Origin: an uncultured Enterobacterales bacterium
Lineage (GTDB): Bacteria > Myxococcota_A > UBA796 > CAJQPC01
Reading direction: 5' to 3'
Length of the DNA: 32,000 bases
NCBI GenBank assembly: GCA_964501915.1
Contig: CAZCVP010000034.1
Coordinates: forward strand, 1-32,000
Position numbers and translations under genes: made by a program
Notes under the pieces: model-generated
What the model saw: only the letters and a program-made list of their open reading frames with translations
What the model was told of the DNA's origin: nothing
The model's database searches: none
Part shown: positions 7,801-16,181 of the stretch, one piece after another
Position numbering within the stretch: the first letter of the stretch is position 1
Layout of the letters: each line of letters starts with the position of its first letter

Positions 7801-9219
7801 CTGAAGGCCTCCAGCGACCGAGCGAGGGAGGCCCTGGCCGAAGCGGTCACAGCGATGGCGGACGCTCGCCAGGAGCGGGACAACGCCCAGGAGCGGAGAG
7901 ACCAGGCGAAGGTGAGGCACGATCTTGCCGCTGGCGAGTCCGCCCAGCTCCAAGAGCAGCTCGAAGAGACTGGACTGCCTCTGCCCAGACCATCCCTGCT
8001 GACAGAGGCCCGCGCCACCCGGGAAGACCTCCGAGCGCAGCGGGAGACGCTGGCCAGGACCCTGGCGATACTCCAGGAGGCGAAGGGCGGCCTCAAGCGA
8101 GATCTGGACCGAGCCCAGAACGACCTGCGCCAGACCACAGAGAGAGTCGCAGGTGCCCAGCTCGAGCACCGCAACCGCAGGACCACCTGGGAGACCTTCG
8201 CGGAGTCCGCGGCGTCGGCCGGGCTTCAGCTCGACCCACTGCTGCGCCGCCCCGTCCAGGTCGAGGGCAGCCCCAACCTGTTCAGCGAGGCCAAGGCCCG
8301 CTGTGCCGCGATCACCGCGCTGCTGCGGCACACGGAGTCCAACGAGCTGCTCGGGCTGTATGAGGGCATCGGCGACGGCACCCGCGTCGAGCACGTCCGC
8401 GCCTGGTCGGCCCTGCGAGCCGAGCTGCACCGGCGGATCCCGCCGGACATCAGCGAGGCCCCCGACGTGGTCGGCCGCCTGGACGACCTGGGACGCCGTC
8501 TGCACCGCTTGCGACGCACCCTCAAGGAGCGCGAGCGGGACCTTCGCACCGACGCTCGCCACATCGGAACCACCATCCAGAGCCAGCGACGACGCGCCTA
8601 CAGCCTCGTGCGAAGCCTGGCGAAGTCCCTCGAAGCCGTCCGCTTCGGGACGATCACGCGCATCACCCTGAGCCACGAGCCCATCCGCAAGATGGACGAG
8701 CTCCTGGACGCGCTGTCGGGACAGGTGGACCTGTTCAGCCAGCCGCGGCCGGTCGAGGAGGTCATGGTGGAGCTGTTCGAGAGCATCGGTGGCGGCCGGG
8801 TCAGGGCAGCTCGCCTGCTGGACTACCGCCAGTACTTCCGCGTGCGAGTCGATGCGGTGCGGGACGACGGCAGCCACGTCGGCGCCCGCGGGGACCAGAT
8901 GTCCACCGGCGAGGCCATCGGCATCGGGGCGTCCGTGATGATGGTGGTGCTCCAGGCCTGGGAGCAGCACAGCGCCAAGCTGCGGAAGAAGCGGCAGCAC
9001 GGCACGATGCGCCTGCTCTTCCTGGACGAGGCGACACGGCTGAGTCCCAAGTCGCTGCTGGTGCTCTTCGACCTCTGCAGCAAGCTGGACCTCCAGCTCC
9101 TGATCGCCGCGCCCGAGGTCGCCCGGGTCGCTGGCGGGACCACGTACACGCTCGTTCGTCACAAGGACCGGGTGGACTTCCACGGCCGGAGGGTGGTGAG
9201 GCATGGCCTGGGAGAGTGA
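4885..9219 (+). CDS. jetC: MukB-like SMC ATPase (JetC/MksB), 1444 aa.
   Basis: A GTGA overlap couples it to jetB. The N-terminal head reads LVNWKGLVYEEVELDPGVTALEGENGAGKTTVMIAAYTVLLPDLSHLRFTN (Walker A at aa 33-41, MukB_N-like). Long Arg/Glu/Leu/Ala coiled-coil arms follow. A hinge-like block sits at ~6850-7200 and ends in PVLGRAARARALAAL (compare MukB PLFGRAARESRIESL). The C-terminal head carries MSTGEAIGIG (signature motif), RLLFLDEATRL (Walker B), LLIAAPE and GTTYTLVR. Confidence 0.95.
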   Translation: MKRARATRLALVNWKGLVYEEVELDPGVTALEGENGAGKTTVMIAAYTVLLPDLSHLRFTNVGETGSTGGDAGIYGRLGHAGPAYAWLDLQLDRKRVVAGVLLDRKARPRLEVSPYLLDDVPFEVPLETLVMRRHGGQVEVPEAPDIPNLALAAGARPRSFGKDKKAYFSALFELGITPLRMASSEERKKLDDMLRTCMMGGISNVLRTGLRDFLFAENTRLADTVKRMEHNLALCRDTRARVRRSEELRREIGELYEKGESTFLYAAHGVAVWEREARERLRELESAQTALQDQVDRVGGELAQTERRLAEGASEQEALGERLDVANLRVQQVERALELLDRARAKGREVERLGETWRAAQGELDTATAGLRISEGAEQRAREEATTAAENLSSHQDAYQELSRRVGLHRAAVERLERARTVLGLPALPEGELQIRLESTRREEARLRDRFREIELRVEDAEEHAGRHANGLATLSRLLRREAEVTDLPTAWELRDKLRQASTQLPRLEEEATSAARTAGEQRRARERAAALGVPDGPHLSATLQGLEATEQELDARLGLDLVKQAETRVEQARLDQELARTRAALPAWLRARDLLDRLAERWGPFDSSEGLASGHSELKRTLAAHQETLAERRADVAALTERIRGLELQADHPEHVLRARDAVDAEIVAEHFDEVALERAATVQAWLGQRAHALLVDNPRQAALRLSTAGILGQGDEVLLVRGLPSLPEALSTTDTGGVVVTDGQVTRLAQPPEIPVLGRAARARALAALQRDLARAEAAEETQAAEVDRLTADLSMIEQALPLAPSLDEPDPRPQIDRLALELSELGLRSADISAALEGHSSNLDEVRLRLRRLRELLPTLSLLDPPDYTALARAVQARHGIALTDAKRWESSQADWRLLADHRDDLRRPPIDEEQARSLRDELDAVSTQRKRLRDATEALGELCRDPAPLGWGDSEAILVERAALTPKLKASSDRAREALAEAVTAMADARQERDNAQERRDQAKVRHDLAAGESAQLQEQLEETGLPLPRPSLLTEARATREDLRAQRETLARTLAILQEAKGGLKRDLDRAQNDLRQTTERVAGAQLEHRNRRTTWETFAESAASAGLQLDPLLRRPVQVEGSPNLFSEAKARCAAITALLRHTESNELLGLYEGIGDGTRVEHVRAWSALRAELHRRIPPDISEAPDVVGRLDDLGRRLHRLRRTLKERERDLRTDARHIGTTIQSQRRRAYSLVRSLAKSLEAVRFGTITRITLSHEPIRKMDELLDALSGQVDLFSQPRPVEEVMVELFESIGGGRVRAARLLDYRQYFRVRVDAVRDDGSHVGARGDQMSTGEAIGIGASVMMVVLQAWEQHSAKLRKKRQHGTMRLLFLDEATRLSPKSLLVLFDLCSKLDLQLLIAAPEVARVAGGTTYTLVRHKDRVDFHGRRVVRHGLGE

Positions 9220-10189
9220 GTCCGACCGGGCGCTGCTCCTGGAGCTCCGCCTGACCGGCGCCGCACGACGGCGGACAGCCCAGCAGAGCCTGCTGGAGAT
9301 GCTGGAGAGGCAGGGCTGGGTGGTGTCCACCCCGCGGGCCGACGAGGTCGAGCTGGTCGCCGAGCGCGTCGTGGAGCTGGATCGCATGCTCGATGGCCGG
9401 TGGAAGGGTTGGCGGGCGGTCGCTCACGCGCTGCTGGCACGCGAGCTCCCTCCGACCGTGCGCGGTCTCAAGGAGCTGAGGCGTCTGGAGCGGGAGCCAC
9501 CGCCGATCCCCGCTCGGGTGAGCCTGAAGACCGCGACCTCACAGGTCGCTGAGCACAGCAAGGCCAGCTTGCATCGAGGCCACCTGGAGATGCTCGGAGG
9601 AGCTGAGGTGGTCCGGGACGGCACGGTGCTGATGAGGCCGCACGCCGGGACGAAGCTCCGGAGGGGCAGTGACCTGGTGGATGCCTCTCAGCTCGTGGCC
9701 CTCCAGGGCATCGTCGCCTTGACCCAGAGGGCGCTGCTGGACGGGACTCGCGTGGTGGGCCCCAGGCCGGGGGCGGTCATGACCGTCGAGAACGAGTCCG
9801 CCTTCGTCGACCTGCCGAAGCCCGACGGCCTGCTGTTGGTGTGGATTCCGGGCTGGAACACGCACCTCGCGGTGGAGCTGCTCCGCTCGCTGCCCGAGGG
9901 ACGCCGACTCCACTTCGGGGACCTGGACGTCAACGGGGTCAGGATCTATCGGCACCTGCGCGAGAGGCTGCCGGACCTGGAGCACTTCGTGCCCGAGTGG
10001 TGGGCCGAGGTGGCGGCAGAGGCGCCTCCGTGGCCGGTGGAGTGGCCGGAGGGGCTGGTCAGGGCGAACGATCCTCAGCTCCTTCGCGACCTGGCGGCCA
10101 AGGGCCTGGGGTCCGAGCAGGAGGTCGTGGTGCTGGACGGGCGGATGGTGGGGGAGCTCGAGCAGGCCGTCGGACCCGGTCCTCTCTGA
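9203..10189 (+). CDS. jetD: JetD/MksG-like Toprim (DUF2220-type) nuclease subunit, 328 aa.
   Basis: The ATG at 9203 overlaps the jetC stop (9217-9219) by 17 nt. Toprim-type acidic motifs are present: AVMTVENESAFVDL (E196) and RLHFGDLDVNGVRIYRHL (D240, D242). A late EQEVVVLD segment is also present. Confidence 0.8.
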   Translation: MAWESESDRALLLELRLTGAARRRTAQQSLLEMLERQGWVVSTPRADEVELVAERVVELDRMLDGRWKGWRAVAHALLARELPPTVRGLKELRRLEREPPPIPARVSLKTATSQVAEHSKASLHRGHLEMLGGAEVVRDGTVLMRPHAGTKLRRGSDLVDASQLVALQGIVALTQRALLDGTRVVGPRPGAVMTVENESAFVDLPKPDGLLLVWIPGWNTHLAVELLRSLPEGRRLHFGDLDVNGVRIYRHLRERLPDLEHFVPEWWAEVAAEAPPWPVEWPEGLVRANDPQLLRDLAAKGLGSEQEVVVLDGRMVGELEQAVGPGPL

Positions 10190-10494
10190 GCACGCGGCGT
10201 CAGAGCTTCAGCAGCCGAGCCGCGCACCGAGCCAGAGCCGATCGAAGCGCCGAGCGATCACGCCTGCCCCGGCGGTTGACTGCACGCGCTGCGGATGCAA
10301 GCTGACCGGCCACACCAGACCCAGCGGCTCCGCGACGACTGACAGCGGCGCTGGTGGTGCCGGAGGCCCTGGTGTGACCTTCGGCGACGACCGGGTCCCG
10401 GTCCATCGAGGGCTGAGCCCGATCCGGTTAGTCCCCCCGGCCACAGGTTCTCGGGTCGTGTGCTTGGAACACCGGCCAAGAGGAGGGGGACACC

Positions 10495-13400
10495 ATGACC
10501 CATGCTGGCGCCTCGAAGCGTCTGGGCGGCTGTGATCTGGGCAAGTCCACGGCGTGCTTCGCCGTGGGCCGGCTCGAGCGGGACGGCACCCTCGTCGTCG
10601 AGCAGACACGGACCGTGGCCCACGATGGACGTCCCTTCGAGGCCTTCGCGAGCTGGTACCGGGAGGTCGGTGCGGCCGACTTCGCCGCCATCGGCGCCAC
10701 GGGACTCCACGGCCGCGAGCTGATCACGCCGGTGGTGTCGGGCCTGCCCGAGGACGCCTGCGTCGAGGCGGCGCTCCCAGCCAGCGGGCCGCTCAATGTC
10801 GTGCGCGTCGGCGCTCGGGGCTACTCCGTCTGGACCCGCGACGCCGCCGGCAACGTCTCCTTCGCCGAGAACGAGCGCTGCTCTTCGGGCACCGGCGAGA
10901 CGATGGTCAAGATCGCCTCTCGCTTCGGCCTGGCCATCGAGGAGGCCGATGCCCTGGCCGCCTCGGCCACCCGGAGCACCCCGATCACCGCCCGCTGCTC
11001 CGTGTTCGCCAAGAGCGAGATGACCCACTTCGGCAACCAGGGCAAGCCGGCGGACGAGCTGTTCCGGGGGTACTTCGAGAGCGTGGCGCGGCACGCGGCC
11101 TCGCTGCTGGTGCGGGCGCGGGTCCCCGGGCCCGTCTGGCTGGTCGGCGGCTGCAGCCGGATCTCCACCTTCGTGTCCTCCTTCCGGGAACAGGTCGGCG
11201 GCGACGTCGTGGTGCCGCCGAGCGCGCTGGTCCTGGAGGCCCTCGGCGCCCTGCACCTGGCGGCCGAGCACGCCGAGCACGCCCTGGCTGCACCCCTCCC
11301 CGCCGAGCCCCAGGAGCTGGTCTCGGCCGGCGAGCGCGGCTTCGGTACCCTCGCGGTGACAGCCGAGCAGCACGACCGGGTCACGCGGCTGCAGCCGGAT
11401 CCGGTGCCGCCCGGTGCGATGACCGCACCCAGCGTGCTCGGGCTCGACCTGGGGAGCACCGGCAGCAAGGCCGTCCTGACGTCGTTGGCGGACGGTCGCT
11501 GCGTGCTCGACCTCTACGACCGCACCCGGGGCAACCCGGTGGACGCGATGAAGCGCCTCGTGGCCAGCCTGCTGGACCGCTGCACGCCGGACGTCCGGGC
11601 CATCGGCCTGACCGGGTCGGGACGGGAGGCCGCGGCGACAGTGCTCCGCGCGACCTGGCCAGAGCTGTCCGACCGCATCGTGGTCATCAACGAGATCGTC
11701 GCCCACGCCACCGCGGCCATCCGCTGCGACCCCGAGGCCGGGGAGAGCCTCAGCATCGTCGAGATCGGCGGCCAGGACGCCAAGTTCATCCAGGTCCGAG
11801 GCGGCCGGATCGTCGAGAGCGACATGAACAAGGCCTGCAGTGCAGGCACCGGGTCCTTCCTGGAGGAGCAGGCGGTCTTCTTCGGAGTGGACCGCATCGA
11901 GGACTTCAGCAGCATCGCCGGCCAGGCCACGCGTCCGCCGGACCTTGGGCAGATGTGTACGGTCTTCGTCGCCGATGCCGCTGGCGAGGCCCTCGGTGAG
12001 GGCTTCACCACCGGCGACATCTTCGCCGGGTTCGAGTACTCGGTGATCCACAACTACATCCACCGCGTGCGTGGACAGCGGGCCTTCGGGGACCGGATCT
12101 TCTTCCAGGGCAAGCCGGCCACGAGCCCAACCCTGGCCAGGACCCTGGCGGCCGTGGCCGGCCGGGAGGTCGTGGTGCCACCGAACCCGGGGGCCATGGG
12201 CGCCTGGGGCATCGGCCTGTGCGCCCGGACGGGGCTCGCCGATGGCGAGGGAGCGTCCTTCGCCTTGGAGCGGGTGCAGCAGGCCCGGGTGGTGGGCCGG
12301 TCGGAGCTGCGCTGCAAGGACCCCCGGTGTGCGACCTACTGCGTCATCGACCGCACCACGGTCCAGGTGGGCGAGGTGCGCAAGAAGGTCCTCAGCGGTG
12401 GCGCCTGTCCCAAGTTCGAGGTCTCGACCGCCACCCGGGTCAAGCTCCCGCGAGAGGCCCCGAGCGCCTTCGCCGAGCGCGCGGCGCTGATCGCCGGCCT
12501 GGGCGCGGGGGGCGATCGCGTCGTCGGCATCCCCAACGTCGGTGCCCTCCAAGGGGTCCTGCCCTGGCTCGCGGCCTTCCTCGAGGGCCTGGGCCTGGGC
12601 GTTCGCATCCTGGGGTCGGACAAGGACTCCCTCTCCGAGGGCGAGACGAGCTGCTACGCCCCGGACTCCTGTTCCCCCTGCAAGCTGGCCCACGGGGTCG
12701 TGGACCCGTCCGTCGACACCGTCGTGTTTCCCAAGATCCTGGACCTGCCCGAGCAGGGACGCGACGGGGGCCGGACCTGCCCGGTGGAGCAGGGCATGCC
12801 GGACATGATCCAGCAGTCGCTGTCGGGTCGGGGGCATCCCACCCGAGTCGTGCGCCCAGCGCTCTCGCCCGCCCGGGGGCTGAGGGACGGCGTGCTGTTC
12901 GGGCAGCTCTTCCGGCTGGCGAAGGAGCTGGGGGCCCCGGCCACGCGGGTGCCCGCGGCGGCCTACAAGGCGGGGGCGGTGCAGCGGGAGTGGGAGCTGC
13001 GCCTGGCCGAGATCGGTCGCCGCACCCTGGACTATTCCCGGGAGCACCACATCCCCGTGGTCGTGGTCTGTGGCTCGCTGCACGTGATCCACGATGCGGG
13101 TCTCAACGCGGGCATCCCGGGCATCCTCCGGGACAACGGCGTGCTGGCGCTCCCGATGGACTGCTTCGAGCTGCAGCCCGACACCCCCGAGATGAAGCGC
13201 ATCGTCTGGGCGGACTCCCGGCGCAGCGTGCGGGTGGCGGCGGCCGCCAGGCAGCTCGGGGGGGTCTACCCGCTGCTGCTGTCGGCCTTCGGCTGTGGCC
13301 CGGCGAGCTTCACGGAGCCGCTCTTCGCCGCCGTGATGGACGGCTACCCCCACACGGCCCTGGAGACCGACGGCCACGGGGGACGAGCGGGGTTCGTGAC

Positions 13401-14706
13401 ACGCATCCAGGCCTTCCTCCACTCGGTCCGGTCCCACGACCAGCGCCCCTCTGAGGCGCCTCCGGACTGCCTTGCGCTGCTGGAGAAGGAGCCGAGGATC
13501 CCGCTGTCGGCCGAACGAGACTCCAGGCTGATCGTGTACGCCATGTCCGACGGCTTCGCGCCGCTCTTGGCCGCCTTCTACCGGTCGGCCGGGTACGACG
13601 CCGTCGCGGCCGGGCCCAACACCAAGGCCAGCCTGGCTGCCGGCCGGCGGGACTGCTCGGGCAAGGAGTGCCTGCCGTACCAGCTCGTCTGGGGGGCCTT
13701 CCGCACGGCGCTGGAGGACCGGGACCCCGGGCAGCGGACCGTGTTGATGGAGGTCACGCCGGCGGGGGAGTGCAAGAACTGCATGTTCGCGGTCAAGGAC
13801 CGCCTGTCGCTGCAGCGTCTCGGGCTCTCCGAGGACGTCGCGGTGCGGTACGCCAGGCCCGAGCCCGAGCTGGGGGTCCAGTACGTCACCAAGCTCTTCG
13901 CGGGTGTGGTGGTCTGGGACATCCTCTACCAGCTCACGGCCTGGCACCGGCCCAGCGCGCCGGACCGGGTGGACGCCCTCTACCGGGAGCACCTGGCCGC
14001 TCTCGTCGCCCACATGGAGGTGCCCGACACCTCCCGGCTGGCGAACATGCTCCTGCGGAGCCCGTGGTGGAAGGGCCTGACCACCCTGCTGGACCGCATG
14101 TCGTCGGCCTTCGCGGCGGTCGCGCCAGGACCGGCCGAGGCGGCCCGCACGGTCCTGCTCACCGGCGACGTCTACCTCCGTGTCGACGAGTTCGGCAGCG
14201 ACGACCTGGTGCGCAAGCTCGGACAGCGCGGTGTCCGCGTGCTGATCGAGCCCTCCCACGCCTTCGTGGAGTACCTGTCCATCCCGCGACGGCCCGGCCT
14301 GAAGGCGAGCCGGAGGGCCGCCTTGGCCCAGGCCCGCCTGGCGGAGGGGGCGATCCGGAGGCGCCTCTATGACCGGGTCCGCCGGCTCCATCCGCAGATC
14401 CCGGACTCGGACGTCGCCGCCTCGGTGCGAGCCAGCGCGGCGGTGATGGGCCGCTTCCCCGGCGGCGAGACCTTGACCACCGTGGGCAGCGCCGTGCACC
14501 ACTGGGACGATCGCACCTGCGACGGCGTGGTCGTCGTCGGCCCCTGGGGCTGCGGGCCCACCCACCTCTCCGAGAGCCTGCTGCGGCACCAGGTCGAGAT
14601 CCCGACCCTGTTCGTCTACAACGACGGGACGCCGATCGACGCTCGGAGGCTGGACGCGTTCGCCTTCCGCCTGGGACGCATGGAGCGGCGGACGGGCGAC
14701 GGGTAG
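10495..14706 (+). CDS. Fusion protein of the acyl-CoA dehydratase activase-related family: two BcrA/BadF/HgdC-type ATPase domains followed by a DUF2229/HgdB-like C-terminal region. Function unknown.
   Basis: AGGAGG at 10481-10486 lies 8 nt upstream of the ATG. The second ATPase domain starts with the canonical VLGLDLGSTGSKAVL, while the first has a degenerate GCDLGKSTACFAVG. Both domains keep the paired cluster-type cysteine motifs: ERCSSGTGE / ARCSVFAKSE in domain 1 and NKACSAGTGSFLEEQA / GQMCTVFVADA in domain 2. The C-terminal ~800 aa contain conserved-looking Cys motifs (GACPKFE, CSPCKL, FGCGPASF, GKECLPYQ, CKNCM, PWGCGPTH). Confidence 0.9.
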   Translation: MTHAGASKRLGGCDLGKSTACFAVGRLERDGTLVVEQTRTVAHDGRPFEAFASWYREVGAADFAAIGATGLHGRELITPVVSGLPEDACVEAALPASGPLNVVRVGARGYSVWTRDAAGNVSFAENERCSSGTGETMVKIASRFGLAIEEADALAASATRSTPITARCSVFAKSEMTHFGNQGKPADELFRGYFESVARHAASLLVRARVPGPVWLVGGCSRISTFVSSFREQVGGDVVVPPSALVLEALGALHLAAEHAEHALAAPLPAEPQELVSAGERGFGTLAVTAEQHDRVTRLQPDPVPPGAMTAPSVLGLDLGSTGSKAVLTSLADGRCVLDLYDRTRGNPVDAMKRLVASLLDRCTPDVRAIGLTGSGREAAATVLRATWPELSDRIVVINEIVAHATAAIRCDPEAGESLSIVEIGGQDAKFIQVRGGRIVESDMNKACSAGTGSFLEEQAVFFGVDRIEDFSSIAGQATRPPDLGQMCTVFVADAAGEALGEGFTTGDIFAGFEYSVIHNYIHRVRGQRAFGDRIFFQGKPATSPTLARTLAAVAGREVVVPPNPGAMGAWGIGLCARTGLADGEGASFALERVQQARVVGRSELRCKDPRCATYCVIDRTTVQVGEVRKKVLSGGACPKFEVSTATRVKLPREAPSAFAERAALIAGLGAGGDRVVGIPNVGALQGVLPWLAAFLEGLGLGVRILGSDKDSLSEGETSCYAPDSCSPCKLAHGVVDPSVDTVVFPKILDLPEQGRDGGRTCPVEQGMPDMIQQSLSGRGHPTRVVRPALSPARGLRDGVLFGQLFRLAKELGAPATRVPAAAYKAGAVQREWELRLAEIGRRTLDYSREHHIPVVVVCGSLHVIHDAGLNAGIPGILRDNGVLALPMDCFELQPDTPEMKRIVWADSRRSVRVAAAARQLGGVYPLLLSAFGCGPASFTEPLFAAVMDGYPHTALETDGHGGRAGFVTRIQAFLHSVRSHDQRPSEAPPDCLALLEKEPRIPLSAERDSRLIVYAMSDGFAPLLAAFYRSAGYDAVAAGPNTKASLAAGRRDCSGKECLPYQLVWGAFRTALEDRDPGQRTVLMEVTPAGECKNCMFAVKDRLSLQRLGLSEDVAVRYARPEPELGVQYVTKLFAGVVVWDILYQLTAWHRPSAPDRVDALYREHLAALVAHMEVPDTSRLANMLLRSPWWKGLTTLLDRMSSAFAAVAPGPAEAARTVLLTGDVYLRVDEFGSDDLVRKLGQRGVRVLIEPSHAFVEYLSIPRRPGLKASRRAALAQARLAEGAIRRRLYDRVRRLHPQIPDSDVAASVRASAAVMGRFPGGETLTTVGSAVHHWDDRTCDGVVVVGPWGCGPTHLSESLLRHQVEIPTLFVYNDGTPIDARRLDAFAFRLGRMERRTGDG

Positions 14707-14813
14707 CCACGAGCAGGGGCCGGCGCCTGGATCGCCGTCGACACCCACGCCGAGGGGTGGCGATGCGGCGGTGGGGGATCGGAGCCGACGGGGAGCCGGA
14801 TTAGAGAGAGACG

Positions 14814-16172
14814 ATGGTGTGGACCACGTCCTGTCTATGGATGCTCGCCTGTCGTCCCGGCGGGCTCGACTCGGGCCCCGACGAGACCGCCGACAGCTCC
14901 TCCACCGAGGCCCCGCGCTGGGTCTGGGGCGACCTGCACGCCCACAGCCGCTGGTCCTACGACGGCTGCGAGCTGCCCGACGACGGCTGCCGGCCCGTCG
15001 GGGAGCTGCCCGCGGAGCAGTTCCACGCGGAGGCCGAGGCCGCTGGACTCGACTTCGTGGCGCTGACCGACCACGCCGAGGTCTCGAGCTGGTACCCGGA
15101 CGGCCTGGACGGTCCGGTCCACGACATCTGGGAGGGCCAGCAGGCCGCGCTGGCGAAGAGCAGCGGCGTGCTGGCCCTGCTCGGCTACGAGTGGACCTGG
15201 CAGACCGGGGAGCTTCGCGACGGACGCTCCGTCGGCGGTCACCGCACCGTCCTGCTCTCCGAGCCCGCTGCCTGCGCGGCGGCCCGCGTCCGCTCGCCCC
15301 ACCCCGTCACCGGCACCATCGAGGTCCTGAGCGACGGCACCTTCTACGAGCAGGGCGACGTGGTCCAGGTGGACACACCCGGCGCCCTCTGGGCGGCCCT
15401 CGACGAAGCCGCCGAGAGCTGTGGACTCCGCTGGCTGACCTTCGCCCACCACACCGCCCTGAGCAGCCCGCAGCCCACGGACTGGGAGGTGGCCGAGAAC
15501 GCGCCGGTGCGGGAGAGGCTGGTGGAGATCGTCAGCGAGCACGGTGTGGGCGAGTGTGCCCTGCTCTCGGAGGAGGGCTGCTCCTGGCGCGTGAACACCG
15601 CGCTGGACCACGTGCCGGGAGGGGCGGTGCGCACCGCGCTGGGCGCGGGCTTCCGGCTCGGCTTCACCGGGGGCACCGACAGCCACGACGCGAAGCCGGG
15701 CAGCCTGGACGATGGTGGGGGGCCGGTGGGCTACTGGACCCAGGTCACCGGCAACCTGGAGCCCCTGGTCCTGCCGACCCAGGGGGGGCTCACCGGCGTC
15801 CAGGTGACCGGGGAGCTGACCCGGGAGGGCCTCTTCGACGCGCTGGAGGCCCGGGCCACGGTCGCCACCTCCGGGCCGCGGCCGGAGCTTGAGGTCTGGA
15901 TCGAGGACAGCGCCGGCGAGGTCCGACCGCCGGGGGCCGAGCTCACCCTCCAGGAGGGCCCCTTCGTCGTGCGCGTCGGTGGCCTGGAGGCGTCGGTGGA
16001 GGTCGTCGACGCCGACGGCTCGGACGAGGTGGGCCTGGTGACCGAGGCCGAGCCGCTGAGCTGGACCTGGGAGCCCGAAGCCGGGGGGTGGGCCTACCTG
16101 CGGCTGAGGATCGGCGAGGGCACGGAGGAGGAGCGGATCTGGGTCTCGCCGTGGTGGGTCGACGAAGGGTGA
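14814..16172 (+). CDS. PHP-domain (CehA/McbA-like, possibly DUF3604-related) metal-dependent phosphoesterase, probably exported or a lipoprotein.
   Basis: PHP-type His/Asp metal-binding motifs are present: WVWGDLHAHSRWSYDG, FVALTDHAE and FTGGTDSHDAKPG. The short hydrophobic N-terminus MVWTTSCLWMLAC is a weak lipobox candidate. An in-frame TAG at 14802 prevents any longer N-terminus. Confidence 0.65.
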   Translation: MVWTTSCLWMLACRPGGLDSGPDETADSSSTEAPRWVWGDLHAHSRWSYDGCELPDDGCRPVGELPAEQFHAEAEAAGLDFVALTDHAEVSSWYPDGLDGPVHDIWEGQQAALAKSSGVLALLGYEWTWQTGELRDGRSVGGHRTVLLSEPAACAAARVRSPHPVTGTIEVLSDGTFYEQGDVVQVDTPGALWAALDEAAESCGLRWLTFAHHTALSSPQPTDWEVAENAPVRERLVEIVSEHGVGECALLSEEGCSWRVNTALDHVPGGAVRTALGAGFRLGFTGGTDSHDAKPGSLDDGGGPVGYWTQVTGNLEPLVLPTQGGLTGVQVTGELTREGLFDALEARATVATSGPRPELEVWIEDSAGEVRPPGAELTLQEGPFVVRVGGLEASVEVVDADGSDEVGLVTEAEPLSWTWEPEAGGWAYLRLRIGEGTEEERIWVSPWWVDEG

Positions 16173-16181
16173 TCGCTGGGC

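Noticed and set aside
10463-10480. A possible sigma-54 promoter (TGGAAC-N5-CCAAG) just upstream of the activase gene.
   Set aside because: The -24 element is imperfect, and no GC falls at the required -12 spacing. The RBS AGGAGG follows immediately, leaving no room for a leader.
10190-10494. The 305-bp gap between jetD and the activase gene, examined for a terminator, small RNA, riboswitch or small ORF (for example 10200..10406(-), 68 aa).
   Set aside because: I could find no convincing stem-loop with a U-tract, no recognisable riboswitch core and no credible ORF. The 68-aa candidate is Arg/Ala-rich and wrong-frame-like. The gap remains unexplained but nothing in it can be supported.
10258-14748. 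A 1496-aa ORF antisense to the activase fusion gene. It is the longest ORF in the track.
   Set aside because: The translation is Arg/Gly/Pro/Ala-rich and low in complexity, with no recognisable motif. The opposite strand carries clear BcrA/HgdC ATPase motifs, a Shine-Dalgarno sequence and proper third-position GC bias. Long open antisense frames are expected in very GC-rich DNA.
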